The notes under the pieces: model-generated | The model's input: the letters and a program-made list of their open reading frames with translations, nothing else | Database searches by the model: none | Told to the model about the DNA's origin: nothing | Part shown: positions 52,611 to 61,205 of the stretch, in pieces | How the letters are laid out: each line of letters opens with the position of its first letter | How positions within the stretch are numbered: the stretch's first letter is position 1 | Made by a program: the position numbers and the translations under genes | Source: Deltaproteobacteria bacterium | GTDB taxonomy: Bacteria > Bdellovibrionota > Bdellovibrionia > Bdellovibrionales > JAMPXM01 | Reading direction: 5' to 3' | Assembly (NCBI GenBank): GCA_017302795.1 | Contig: JAFLCB010000003.1 | Span: forward strand, 26,650-90,649 | Length of the DNA: 64,000 nt

Positions 52611-54473
52611 ATGTGTGGAATAGTTGGTTACTTCGGTGCGAAAGATCCCAAAGAAGTCATCGTCGGTGGTCTGAAGCGCCTTGAATACCGAGGCTACGAT
52701 AGTGCAGGTGTTGCGATTTTAGATTCTGTGGGCGTGCCGGCCGGCTCACCAGCTGGATCGATGAAGATCAAAGTCGTTCGCGCTTCTGGGAAGCTAGCAG
52801 AGCTTTCAAAAAAGTTAGAAACCGAAAAGTTTTCTGGCCGACTTGGCATCGGCCACACTCGCTGGGCGACACACGGTGTACCTAGCGAGCGAAATGCTCA
52901 CCCACATTCGGTTGATGGCGTGTCGCTGGTTCACAACGGTATCATTGAAAATTATCAAGAGATCAAAGCCGAGCTGATTCGCGGCGGTTCGGAAATCAAA
53001 AGCGACACGGATTCCGAATTAGTTGCGCACTTGATTGCCGCAAAGGTCAAAGAGACTGGCGACCTGTTTAAAGCAGTGGAGCTTGTATTGCCGCGCTTGA
53101 CGGGTGCCTACGCGATTTTAGCTATGTGGGAAAAGCAACCAGAGGTCATGGTTGCCTTCAAAAATGGTCCGCCTTTGGTGATCGGCCTTGGCGACAAGGA
53201 AATGATTGTCGCAAGTGATGTTCAAGCGATTATCAGCCATACGAATAAAGTCGTTTACTTAGATGATCACGAAATTGCTTTGTGCAAGGGAAGCGAGCTT
53301 CAGGTTTTTTCGGCCTCAGGCCAAGCCATCAAAAAAGAAATCGCGACAATCACTTGGTCCGCCGATCAAGTTGAAAAAGCCGGCTTTAAGCATTTCATGT
53401 TAAAGGAAATTTTCGAGCAGCCTCGCGCGGTGGCCAACGCGATTGCCCCGCACATTGATCTCAAGACCAAAACTGTTCACTTGTCCGAAGTCGGAATTTC
53501 TGACGAAGCACTGCAGAAAATTGAACGGATTTTCATCATCGCTTGCGGAACTAGCTACTACGCAGGAATGGCCGGAAAGTACCTAGTCGAAGAAATTTCC
53601 CGAGTTCCAGTTGAGTGCGATATCGCAAGCGAATTTCGATATCGCGCTCCGGTAATTCCGAAAAATTCCTTGGTCATCACGATTTCGCAATCCGGTGAAA
53701 CGGCCGACACATTGGCTGCAATTCGCCTAGCTAAACAGGCCGGCGCAACAACACTTTCCATTTGCAACGTGCGTGCTTCGTCGATCGATCGCGAAGCGCA
53801 CGGTCGGCTTTATATGAATTCTGGTCCTGAAATTGGTGTGGCATCCACGAAGGCTTTCGTATCGACTCTTGCCATTTTGAATCTGCTGGCGCTGACGTTT
53901 GGTCGCCTTCATGGGCACGTCTCGACAGCGGTCGAGCAAAGCGCAGTCGAGTCGTTGCTGGGGCTTCCTGCTCAAATGGAAACGGTGCTTTCCTATGATA
54001 AATTTTTTGCCGAATCTGCGGCAAAACTGAAAGCCTATCGCGGAATTCTGTTTATGGGTCGTGGGATCAATTATCCGATCGCACTTGAAGGAGCGTTGAA
54101 GCTAAAAGAGCTCGCTTATATGCACGCCGAAGGTTACGCCGCTGGCGAGATGAAACACGGACCGTTAGCGTTGATTGACGATCGCATGTTGATCTTGATG
54201 GTTTGTCCTAACGATAAAAATTACGAAAAGACGCTTTCCAACCTGGAAGAAGCCCGCGCTCGCGGCGGAAAAATTGTTTCGATCGGCACCGGCGACAATC
54301 ACGAATTGAAAGCCGTCAGCGACGATTATCTTGCTCTACCTAAGGCGAGCTGGATGTTGAATCCGATTTTGGCGTCGATTCCGGTCCAGCTTTTGGCCTA
54401 TCACGTGGCCGACGCAATGGGGCATGATGTGGATCAGCCAAGGAACCTCGCGAAGTCTGTCACAGTCGAATAA
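52611..54473 (+). CDS. glmS: glutamine-fructose-6-phosphate aminotransferase
   Basis: MCGIVGY N-terminal nucleophile, two SIS domains (ISQSGETADT), and the C-terminal ...DQPRNLAKSVTVE. Confidence 0.97.
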   Translation: MCGIVGYFGAKDPKEVIVGGLKRLEYRGYDSAGVAILDSVGVPAGSPAGSMKIKVVRASGKLAELSKKLETEKFSGRLGIGHTRWATHGVPSERNAHPHSVDGVSLVHNGIIENYQEIKAELIRGGSEIKSDTDSELVAHLIAAKVKETGDLFKAVELVLPRLTGAYAILAMWEKQPEVMVAFKNGPPLVIGLGDKEMIVASDVQAIISHTNKVVYLDDHEIALCKGSELQVFSASGQAIKKEIATITWSADQVEKAGFKHFMLKEIFEQPRAVANAIAPHIDLKTKTVHLSEVGISDEALQKIERIFIIACGTSYYAGMAGKYLVEEISRVPVECDIASEFRYRAPVIPKNSLVITISQSGETADTLAAIRLAKQAGATTLSICNVRASSIDREAHGRLYMNSGPEIGVASTKAFVSTLAILNLLALTFGRLHGHVSTAVEQSAVESLLGLPAQMETVLSYDKFFAESAAKLKAYRGILFMGRGINYPIALEGALKLKELAYMHAEGYAAGEMKHGPLALIDDRMLILMVCPNDKNYEKTLSNLEEARARGGKIVSIGTGDNHELKAVSDDYLALPKASWMLNPILASIPVQLLAYHVADAMGHDVDQPRNLAKSVTVE

Positions 54474-54535
54474 TGCCAGAATAATCCCCGAGCGGCGCAC
54501 CTGTAGAAAATAGTTTCCGCTTCTGGACGCTAGCG

Positions 54536-54562
54536 AGCGTGATTCAGTTTTGGAATCACGCT
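54536..54562. terminator. 10-bp hairpin between glmS and the deacetylase gene
   Basis: AGCGTGATTC-agttttg-GAATCACGCT. It lies 63 nt after the glmS stop and 12 nt before ATG 54574. There is no U-tract, so it could be a terminator or a translational/regulatory hairpin. Confidence 0.3.
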
Positions 54563-54573
54563 ACGCTATCAAA

Positions 54574-55929
54574 ATGAAAATCCGCACTTTATTCCGTTCA
54601 AGTTCCGTCTGCACTACCGCATGGTTTTTGACGATCGCGTCGGCGTCGGCTGCGACCGTTGATTTCCCAGGTCAGCCCCTTGAAATCGTTAAGGCCTATC
54701 GCTATCTCGAGGCAAGGTCGGCCGATTTCACTTTGGAATTCGACACAGAACTGGATTCAAAAAAAGGCAATGTCTTGAATACGAAACTCTACGCTCGCCT
54801 TTGGGCGACAAGAGTTATTCGCGAAGAGGCGGCTCACAAGCTCGCGGAATCTATGCTTCGCACGGCCATGGTGGTTAGAACTCCAGAAGGCCACACAGCC
54901 TTTCGCAACGCAGAGGCTCGGAAAACAGAAGCCGATGTTTTCAACGAGCTGTCTCAGCAATACATTTCTGGCCTCCCACTTGTTGACGACGTCATAGAGG
55001 CGTTAGGGCACATGGATGCAGAGGCGATGACCGCAAAATACAAAGAGGTTCATCGAGATCTGTTGGCGCGTGTTCCCAGTATTTATAAGGCCGAAAGAAG
55101 GGCGAAATTCGAGAACAATTGGGGACAAGATTCCGAAGTTAGCGATTGGCGAAAGCGGGCGAAGACAGAGGCACCGGCAGCGATCATAAAATCGATGGAT
55201 GATGCCATTCGTCGCTACGCCAGATCGCAATACAATTCTACGCGTGAGCCAGCATCTACGCGCACAACGGCCGCTGCCGGACGTTATGGGCCGTCGACAG
55301 GCGCGACTGGAAACCTCACGGGTCGCGAATTTCCAAGCAAAATGTGGGCGCTGACTTATGACGACGGCCCGGCAAAACAAACAGACGAAATTCTGACAGC
55401 TCTTGCGAAACGAAACATGAAGGCCACATTTTTCTGGCTTTCGAAAAATGCTCCGAGCTATGCGACAACAGCCGTCGCAAGGGCAAAAAATGAAGGCCAT
55501 GGGCTTGCGAATCATTCGGCGACCCACGCCCAATTGACAAAGGTGTCTTCGGCCGCTCTTGATCGCGAAATTTTAAGTTCAACGTCGGACCTTGAGGCGA
55601 TTTACGGGCAAAAGCTTGGTTTTTTCCGGCTGCCTTATGGCGCTGGACGAAATGACACATCCATTCGTACGCGAATTGAAAAAGCGGGACTTGTTCACGT
55701 TTATTGGAATGTCGACACGCTCGATTGGCAGGACCGAAATCCTACGACGGTCTATCAGCGGACGATGAAGCAAGTGAACCAACAGGGACGTGGCGTGATT
55801 TTGTTTCATGACATTCACTCGCAAACTGTCACGGCATCGGCCCGGGTGATGGACGATTTAAAATCACAAGGTTCGCGAGTCGTGACTATGCAGGAAGCAC
55901 TCTCGGTCTTGAACGGAGAGATCCCGTGA
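54574..55929 (+). CDS. secreted polysaccharide (peptidoglycan-type) deacetylase, CE4/NodB domain with ~230-aa N-terminal domain
   Basis: Signal peptide MKIRTLFRSSSVCTTAWFLTIASASA. NodB motifs LTYDDGP, ANHSATH, FRLPYGAG and VILFHDIH lie in the C-terminal ~200 aa. Confidence 0.85.
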   Translation: MKIRTLFRSSSVCTTAWFLTIASASAATVDFPGQPLEIVKAYRYLEARSADFTLEFDTELDSKKGNVLNTKLYARLWATRVIREEAAHKLAESMLRTAMVVRTPEGHTAFRNAEARKTEADVFNELSQQYISGLPLVDDVIEALGHMDAEAMTAKYKEVHRDLLARVPSIYKAERRAKFENNWGQDSEVSDWRKRAKTEAPAAIIKSMDDAIRRYARSQYNSTREPASTRTTAAAGRYGPSTGATGNLTGREFPSKMWALTYDDGPAKQTDEILTALAKRNMKATFFWLSKNAPSYATTAVARAKNEGHGLANHSATHAQLTKVSSAALDREILSSTSDLEAIYGQKLGFFRLPYGAGRNDTSIRTRIEKAGLVHVYWNVDTLDWQDRNPTTVYQRTMKQVNQQGRGVILFHDIHSQTVTASARVMDDLKSQGSRVVTMQEALSVLNGEIP

Positions 55930-56498
55930 TCCAAGTTTTCATAAAAAATAATTCTTTCATCGCCCTAGCGGCTCTTTTTCTTTCGGCCGGCTGTGCGACC
56001 AGTACGCCTCGTCAAGAGCCCGCGCCTGTTGCCACACCTCTGGAAAAAACTTTGGCGGAACTATCATTGAAAGAACTCGATCAGGCCGCCCTTTTTTTTC
56101 GGGTCGCTTTTGATAAATCGCTCGAGAGCTGGCAGGGGGCAGGGGATCAGACTCTAGCGGGTTGCAAAGTTTCTGGGGAAAAGGCCGAAAACGCGTTAGC
56201 GGAAATTCGTCCTTGGCTTGATCGGCGCGCAGCAGAAGAGGCACGGCGGGTTGTCGAAGCCCCTAAAACATATCGCCTCCCGATCGACGAGGCGGCTTGC
56301 GCGCAGGATTGTTCCTGCGGTTTAGGTTTGCGTGTTTTGGAGGCGGCGGAACTTGAAAAACAGAGCCATTCCCGAGTGAAGGATCTAAAGAAGCTTCGCT
56401 CGAAGCTAGAGGCCAAAGTGGAGTTAATTTCAGCTGAACGGGCCGAGTTTTGTGCTGAAACAATGACCTGGATCTGTACCTCAGGCCTCCTGAAGTAA
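55926..56498 (+). CDS. lipoprotein, unknown function
   Basis: GTG start in a GTGA overlap with the deacetylase stop. Lipobox ALFLSAGC. The helical mature part is cysteine-containing. Confidence 0.6.
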   Translation: MIQVFIKNNSFIALAALFLSAGCATSTPRQEPAPVATPLEKTLAELSLKELDQAALFFRVAFDKSLESWQGAGDQTLAGCKVSGEKAENALAEIRPWLDRRAAEEARRVVEAPKTYRLPIDEAACAQDCSCGLGLRVLEAAELEKQSHSRVKDLKKLRSKLEAKVELISAERAEFCAETMTWICTSGLLK

Positions 56499-56506
56499 GC
56501 CCGGTC

Positions 56507-56557
56507 GTACCTCCTACAATTTTGAAACGCAGCGCGTTTCAAAAATGTAGGAGGTAC
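56507..56557. repeat. palindromic intergenic repeat copy 6 (TTTGAAACGC subfamily)
   Basis: GTACCTCCTACAATTTTGAAACGC-agc-GCGTTTCAAAAATGTAGGAGGTAC has 24-nt arms with one A.A mismatch. It lies 8 nt after the lipoprotein stop and upstream of manC. Confidence 0.85.
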
Positions 56558-56615
56558 GCGGACCGCGAGGCTCTAGCTCCTTGCAAAACCGCGTGGATTC
56601 ATGTGATTTAGCCGA

Positions 56616-58109
56616 ATGTCGAAATTCATTCCTGCGATCATGTCGGGTGGAAGCGGAACCAGGCTTTGGCCAGTTTCAAGGCAGTCGTTTCCGAAACAGT
56701 TTTCCGAACTTTTTGGACCTGGCCTAGAAAACTCTCTTTTCGCAAAAGCCACCATGCGCCTTCTGCCGCTGGGTTCGCCTTGGACGATCACTGTTCAAGA
56801 CATGCAGGTCCTGACAGAAAAAACTTTGAACACCTGCAAGGTGCCGAAATCCGACATTCAGGCCCAAACACTTTACGAACCGCGCGGTCGCAACACAGCC
56901 GCCGCCGTCGCATTCTTTTGCCGCGTCTTAGAACTTCGCGATCAGCGCGATGCGATCGGCGGAGTTTTTCCGGCCGATCAATTGATTCGCGACGAAGTGA
57001 AGTTTCAAAACGCTGTGCGGGAAGCGATTCTTTTTGCTGAAAAAGGCGAAGTCGTCACTCTTGGAATTAGTCCGACTTTTCCCGCGACCGGTTATGGGTA
57101 CATTGAAACGGCCGGTTTCGCGTCGGTAAACCCGGCGGCAAGCGCGTCGGTTAACTCGGCGGCAAGCGCGCCAGTAGACCCGGCGGCGAAAGCGCTTCTC
57201 GCGACACGGTTTCGCGAAAAACCGGATTTGAAAACTGCGACCGAGTTTCTTTCCAAGGGGGGGTATCTTTGGAACGCCGGCATGTTTGTTTTCAAAGTTT
57301 CGAAAATGATCGAACTTATGAAACTTCACGCGCCTAAAGTTTGGGCGCCATTTGAAACCCTCAAATCGGATCTTTCGAATCTCAAAGAAGTTTATGATCA
57401 GGTCGAAGTGATCTCGATCGACTTTGCCGTGATGGAACGGTTGAAGACCCACGTGACGGTCCCATGCGATTTTGACTGGAGTGATGTTGGGTCGTGGGAC
57501 GCGATCGCCGCAATGCCGCGCGAAGCGAAACCCGGTGGGCAAGCGGATGGCGGTGACTTACCAATCGAAATAGGCGGGAAAGATAACTTCGTCTCGCCCT
57601 ATGGCGATAAATCTTATGCGTTTGTAGGCACAGACGACTTGATCGTTGTCGATACCCAAGACGCGTTGCTAGTTGCAAAGCGCGGGCAGTCAGAAAAAGT
57701 AAAAGACGTTGTCGACCGTTTAAAAACTCAAAGCCACGGACTTCGCGCCACGAATCACGGTTTTGAAACGCGGCCTTGGGGAAAGTTTGAAATCCTTCGC
57801 GACACGGAAGAGTTTAAATCCAAAACAATCACCGTCGATGCGGGCGCCCAGCTATCGCTTCAGTCCCACACGAAGCGCGCCGAACACTGGATCATCGTTC
57901 GCGGACGCGGCGAAGTGGTTTTGAACGATGAAGTGATCTCCGTGACAGCCGGGTCGCACGTTTTCATTCCGATCGGGGCGAAGCATCGCATGCGAAACAC
58001 CGAGCCCGCAGGTTCGGGAAAGGATCTCGTCTTTGTTGAAATTCAACTTGGAACCTACTTTGGAGAAGACGACATCACCCGCTATGAGGACAATTATGGA
58101 CGCAAATGA
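56616..58109 (+). CDS. manC: mannose-1-phosphate guanylyltransferase / mannose-6-phosphate isomerase (type II PMI)
   Basis: MSGGSGTRLWPVSRQSFPKQF and GYGYIE...FREKP...WNAGMFVF. C-terminal cupin RPWGKFEIL...QLSLQSHTKRAEHWIIVRGRGEV. It contains an in-frame tandem-repeat insert. Confidence 0.92.
   Translation: MSKFIPAIMSGGSGTRLWPVSRQSFPKQFSELFGPGLENSLFAKATMRLLPLGSPWTITVQDMQVLTEKTLNTCKVPKSDIQAQTLYEPRGRNTAAAVAFFCRVLELRDQRDAIGGVFPADQLIRDEVKFQNAVREAILFAEKGEVVTLGISPTFPATGYGYIETAGFASVNPAASASVNSAASAPVDPAAKALLATRFREKPDLKTATEFLSKGGYLWNAGMFVFKVSKMIELMKLHAPKVWAPFETLKSDLSNLKEVYDQVEVISIDFAVMERLKTHVTVPCDFDWSDVGSWDAIAAMPREAKPGGQADGGDLPIEIGGKDNFVSPYGDKSYAFVGTDDLIVVDTQDALLVAKRGQSEKVKDVVDRLKTQSHGLRATNHGFETRPWGKFEILRDTEEFKSKTITVDAGAQLSLQSHTKRAEHWIIVRGRGEVVLNDEVISVTAGSHVFIPIGAKHRMRNTEPAGSGKDLVFVEIQLGTYFGEDDITRYEDNYGRK
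57120..57193 (+). repeat. three tandem ~24-bp units inside manC (in frame)
   Basis: The three units are GCGTCGGTAAACCCGGCGGCAAGC / GCGTCGGTTAACTCGGCGGCAAGC / GCGCCAGTAGACCCGGCGGCGAAAGC. They encode ASVNPAAS-ASVNSAAS-APVDPAAKA. Confidence 0.85.
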
Positions 58110-58977
58110 GGCGGCAGTGAATAAGGCGGCAGTGAATATGTTGGCATTAGGCAGTCGAGCGGCGCTTTCGCCGATTGCCATGCGAAAGTCCGTGATCGAC
58201 ATGGCTTTTGCTGGAAGCTCTGTCCACATCGGCTGCGCGTTTTCGCTGATAGAAATCGTCTCGACACTTCTTTCCGATGTTATGGATCTTGGAGAAGGTG
58301 AATCGGATCCAAACCGCGACCGGATTTTTCTTTCCAAGGGCCACGGGGTCATGGCGCTTTATGTTGGCTATGAAGCCATCGGGTGGCTCGAAAGAGTTCA
58401 CTTAGAAAAATACTTTTCAGATGGCTCTCTTCTTCACGGTTTGGCAGAAGCGCGCGTGCCGATGTTGGAAGTCTCTGCCGGTTCTTTGGGTCACGGACTT
58501 CCGGTCGCAGTCGGTTATGCGCTTGGAAAAAAGCGAAATGGTCAGCCAGGCCACGTGTACTGCATCGTTGGCGACGGCGAGATGAATGAAGGTTCCATGT
58601 GGGAAGCGCTGTTGTTCGCAGGTCACCACAAACTTGATAATCTCACAGTCATTGTCGATGCCAATGGACACCAAGCAATGGGCCGCATTCCCGAAATCTT
58701 GAACATGGAACCTTTCGCCGATAAATTTCGCGCCTTTGGTTTCGAAACTTCTGACATCGATGGGCACTCTATCCAGGCTTTAAAAGCGATCTTTGAAAGT
58801 AATCTGTTGAAAACTGGAAAGCCCAAAGCCATTGTCGCCCGCACCGTCAAAGGTAAAGGTGTTTCGTTTATGGAAGACAACAATGAGTGGCATTACCGCA
58901 GGCTCACGCCTGAACTGCTTGAAGTTGCCGGAAAAGAACTGGCGGCCCAAGTGCGTAAAGAGGTGGACCATGCGTGA
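58096..58977 (+). CDS. transketolase, N-terminal (ThDP-binding) subunit
   Basis: HIGCAFSLIEIV, SKGHGVMALY, GSLGHGLPVAVG and the ThDP motif CIVGDGEMNEGSMWEALLFAGHHKLDNLTVIVDANG. The start is ambiguous: ATG 58096 overlaps manC by 14 nt, and the alternatives are 58084 or 58138. Confidence 0.85.
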   Translation: MDANEAAVNKAAVNMLALGSRAALSPIAMRKSVIDMAFAGSSVHIGCAFSLIEIVSTLLSDVMDLGEGESDPNRDRIFLSKGHGVMALYVGYEAIGWLERVHLEKYFSDGSLLHGLAEARVPMLEVSAGSLGHGLPVAVGYALGKKRNGQPGHVYCIVGDGEMNEGSMWEALLFAGHHKLDNLTVIVDANGHQAMGRIPEILNMEPFADKFRAFGFETSDIDGHSIQALKAIFESNLLKTGKPKAIVARTVKGKGVSFMEDNNEWHYRRLTPELLEVAGKELAAQVRKEVDHA

Positions 58978-59887
58978 ACGTCTTTCTGACCTTCTTGTGA
59001 AAGCTTGTACGGCCGATTCTCGTCGAGTTGTCTTGAGCGGTGACCATGGCTACGCACTTTTCGATGCGCTTCGAAAGGAGTCGCCGAAGTCTTTCATCAA
59101 TGTCGGAGTGATGGAGCAGGCCATGGTGGGAATGGCTGCTGGTCTTGCTAAATCAGGTGCTCGGCCGATCGTTTATGGGCTTTCGGCATTCATACCCATT
59201 CGCGTTTTAGAGCAAATGAAAATGGATGTCTGCCACGTCGGATATCCAGTGATTTTCCTTGGGGACGGCGCCGGGCTTGTCTACTCGACCCTTGGGGCCT
59301 CGCACCAGTGTGGCGAAGATGTTGCGGCATTGAAGCCACTTCCAGGAATGAAAATCTTTACGCCGGCAGATGCAGAAGAACTAGAAGCAGTGTTCAACGA
59401 AGCGCTCGCGACCAATGGGCCTTGTTACATTCGTATAGGGAAAAGTGATCGTCCGGCCGTCTCAGACGAACGACTTTCGTCCACAGCGCCGCGCTTGCTT
59501 CGTAAGACTAGTTCAGAACGCCCGATCTTGGTCACTATGGGGTCAATGACGGCCTTCGGAAATCAACTCGCAGGGGAATTTGATCTCGGACACCTTTCGG
59601 TCTTGCGCGTAAAACCAATTCATAAAGAACTTGTCGAGATTCTTCATACCGCAAAAGAGATTTGGGTTCTAGAAGAGCACCATCGAAGTGGCGGATTAGC
59701 CTCCACGATCAGCGATGCGCTGATCGACGAAGGCTACTCGGTGCCGAAAATGAAAATCTGGTCGTTGAAAGATCAGTTTGTTCATACATGTGGCTCTTAT
59801 CAACATGCGCTCTCAGAGCATCAGTTAAGTGACCAGCAAGTTCGCCAATCGTTTGGCCAAAATCTAAGCAGCAGAGGGGCACTATAA
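58970..59887 (+). CDS. transketolase, C-terminal (pyrimidine-binding) subunit
   Basis: [31 protein letters not shown] and [16 protein letters not shown] 58970 overlaps the upstream stop by 8 nt. The upstream part of the track ORF is out of frame relative to the N-terminal subunit. Confidence 0.85.
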   Translation: MRERLSDLLVKACTADSRRVVLSGDHGYALFDALRKESPKSFINVGVMEQAMVGMAAGLAKSGARPIVYGLSAFIPIRVLEQMKMDVCHVGYPVIFLGDGAGLVYSTLGASHQCGEDVAALKPLPGMKIFTPADAEELEAVFNEALATNGPCYIRIGKSDRPAVSDERLSSTAPRLLRKTSSERPILVTMGSMTAFGNQLAGEFDLGHLSVLRVKPIHKELVEILHTAKEIWVLEEHHRSGGLASTISDALIDEGYSVPKMKIWSLKDQFVHTCGSYQHALSEHQLSDQQVRQSFGQNLSSRGAL

Positions 59888-59888
59888 A

Positions 59889-61205
59889 ATGTCGATCGAA
59901 ACTACTCGCAATGCAGTGATCGAAGCTGCTCGTGCCCATCATCGAGCCCTTCCACCGCGCAAAATCGTACCGGGCCAAGACTACATTCCGGTCACAGGAA
60001 AAATTCTCGACGAAGACGACTTGGTCAATCTTGTCGATTCAAGTCTTGATATGTGGCTGACGGCTGGTCGCTTTGCGACGGAATTTGAAAAGAGCTTCGC
60101 GCAAAGTTTTGGAACTAAGTTTGCGCTGCTGGTCAACAGCGGTTCGTCCGCAAACCTTGTGGCATTTACAGCGTTGACGTCACCTCGCCTCGGTGACCGA
60201 CGAATCAAGCCAGGTGACGAAGTGATTACTGTGGCAGCTGGATTCCCGACGACGGTGAACCCGATTATTCAAAATGGCTGTATTCCGGTTTTTGTCGACG
60301 TCGAACTAGGTACCTATGAAATCGACGTAACGAAATTGGAAGCCGCCGTTTCTCCTAAGACAAAAGCGGTGATGATTGCGCACACTCTTGGCAATGCGTT
60401 CGATGTAAAAGCCGTGAAAGAGTTTTGCGATCGCCACGGACTTTGGTTGGTGGAAGATTGCTGTGATGCTTTGGGCGCGACCGTTGACGGAAAACCCATC
60501 GGAACTTACGGCGATATCGCGACTGTCAGTTTTTATCCCGCTCACCACATCACGATGGGTGAAGGCGGTGCAGTTTGCATGTCGAATGCGCAATTGAAGT
60601 TGGCAGCCGAATCGATTCGCGATTGGGGTCGTGACTGTTGGTGCCCACCCGGAAAAGACAACACGTGCAAAAAACGCTACGACTGGCAACTTGGCGATCT
60701 GCCAGAAGGTTACGATCACAAATATATTTACAGTCACATCGGCTACAATTTGAAAGTCAGCGACATGCAGGCCGCGGTCGGAGTCTCTCAGCTTAAGAAA
60801 CTTCCTGGCTTCATCGAGCGCCGACGAGAAAATTTCAATTATCTTCTAAGCAAAATGGCGGATCTCGAAGGCGATCTCATCCTTCCGAAATCGCTAAAGG
60901 GGTCGAGTCCGTCGTGGTTCGGCTTTGCCTTAACAGTCCAGCCCAGAGCGGGAATCACGCGAAACGCCCTGGTAAAAAGGCTGGAATCCGAGAAAATCGG
61001 AACACGTCTTTTGTTCGGCGGCCACCTTTTGAAGCAACCTGCTTATAAGGGCATTGAACACCGTGTGGTCGGTGATCTTAAAAACACCGAACGCATCATG
61101 CATGACACGTTTTGGGTGGGTGTTTGGCCAGGGCTTGAAAAGGTACACCTCGATTACATTTCGGATCGCATTCATGCAGCGATCAACGAGGCTAAAGGAA
61201 AGTAA
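59889..61205 (+). CDS. rfbH: E1-type NDP-4-keto-6-deoxyhexose 3-dehydratase (RfbH/DdhC-like, DegT/DnrJ/EryC1 fold with Fe-S motif)
   Basis: 438 aa. Aminotransferase fold with [13 protein letters not shown], where His replaces the usual PLP lysine. The Cys pattern C-X57-C-X1-C-X7-C was counted directly in ...EDCC...(57 aa)...[11 protein letters not shown]. Confidence 0.82.
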   Translation: MSIETTRNAVIEAARAHHRALPPRKIVPGQDYIPVTGKILDEDDLVNLVDSSLDMWLTAGRFATEFEKSFAQSFGTKFALLVNSGSSANLVAFTALTSPRLGDRRIKPGDEVITVAAGFPTTVNPIIQNGCIPVFVDVELGTYEIDVTKLEAAVSPKTKAVMIAHTLGNAFDVKAVKEFCDRHGLWLVEDCCDALGATVDGKPIGTYGDIATVSFYPAHHITMGEGGAVCMSNAQLKLAAESIRDWGRDCWCPPGKDNTCKKRYDWQLGDLPEGYDHKYIYSHIGYNLKVSDMQAAVGVSQLKKLPGFIERRRENFNYLLSKMADLEGDLILPKSLKGSSPSWFGFALTVQPRAGITRNALVKRLESEKIGTRLLFGGHLLKQPAYKGIEHRVVGDLKNTERIMHDTFWVGVWPGLEKVHLDYISDRIHAAINEAKGK

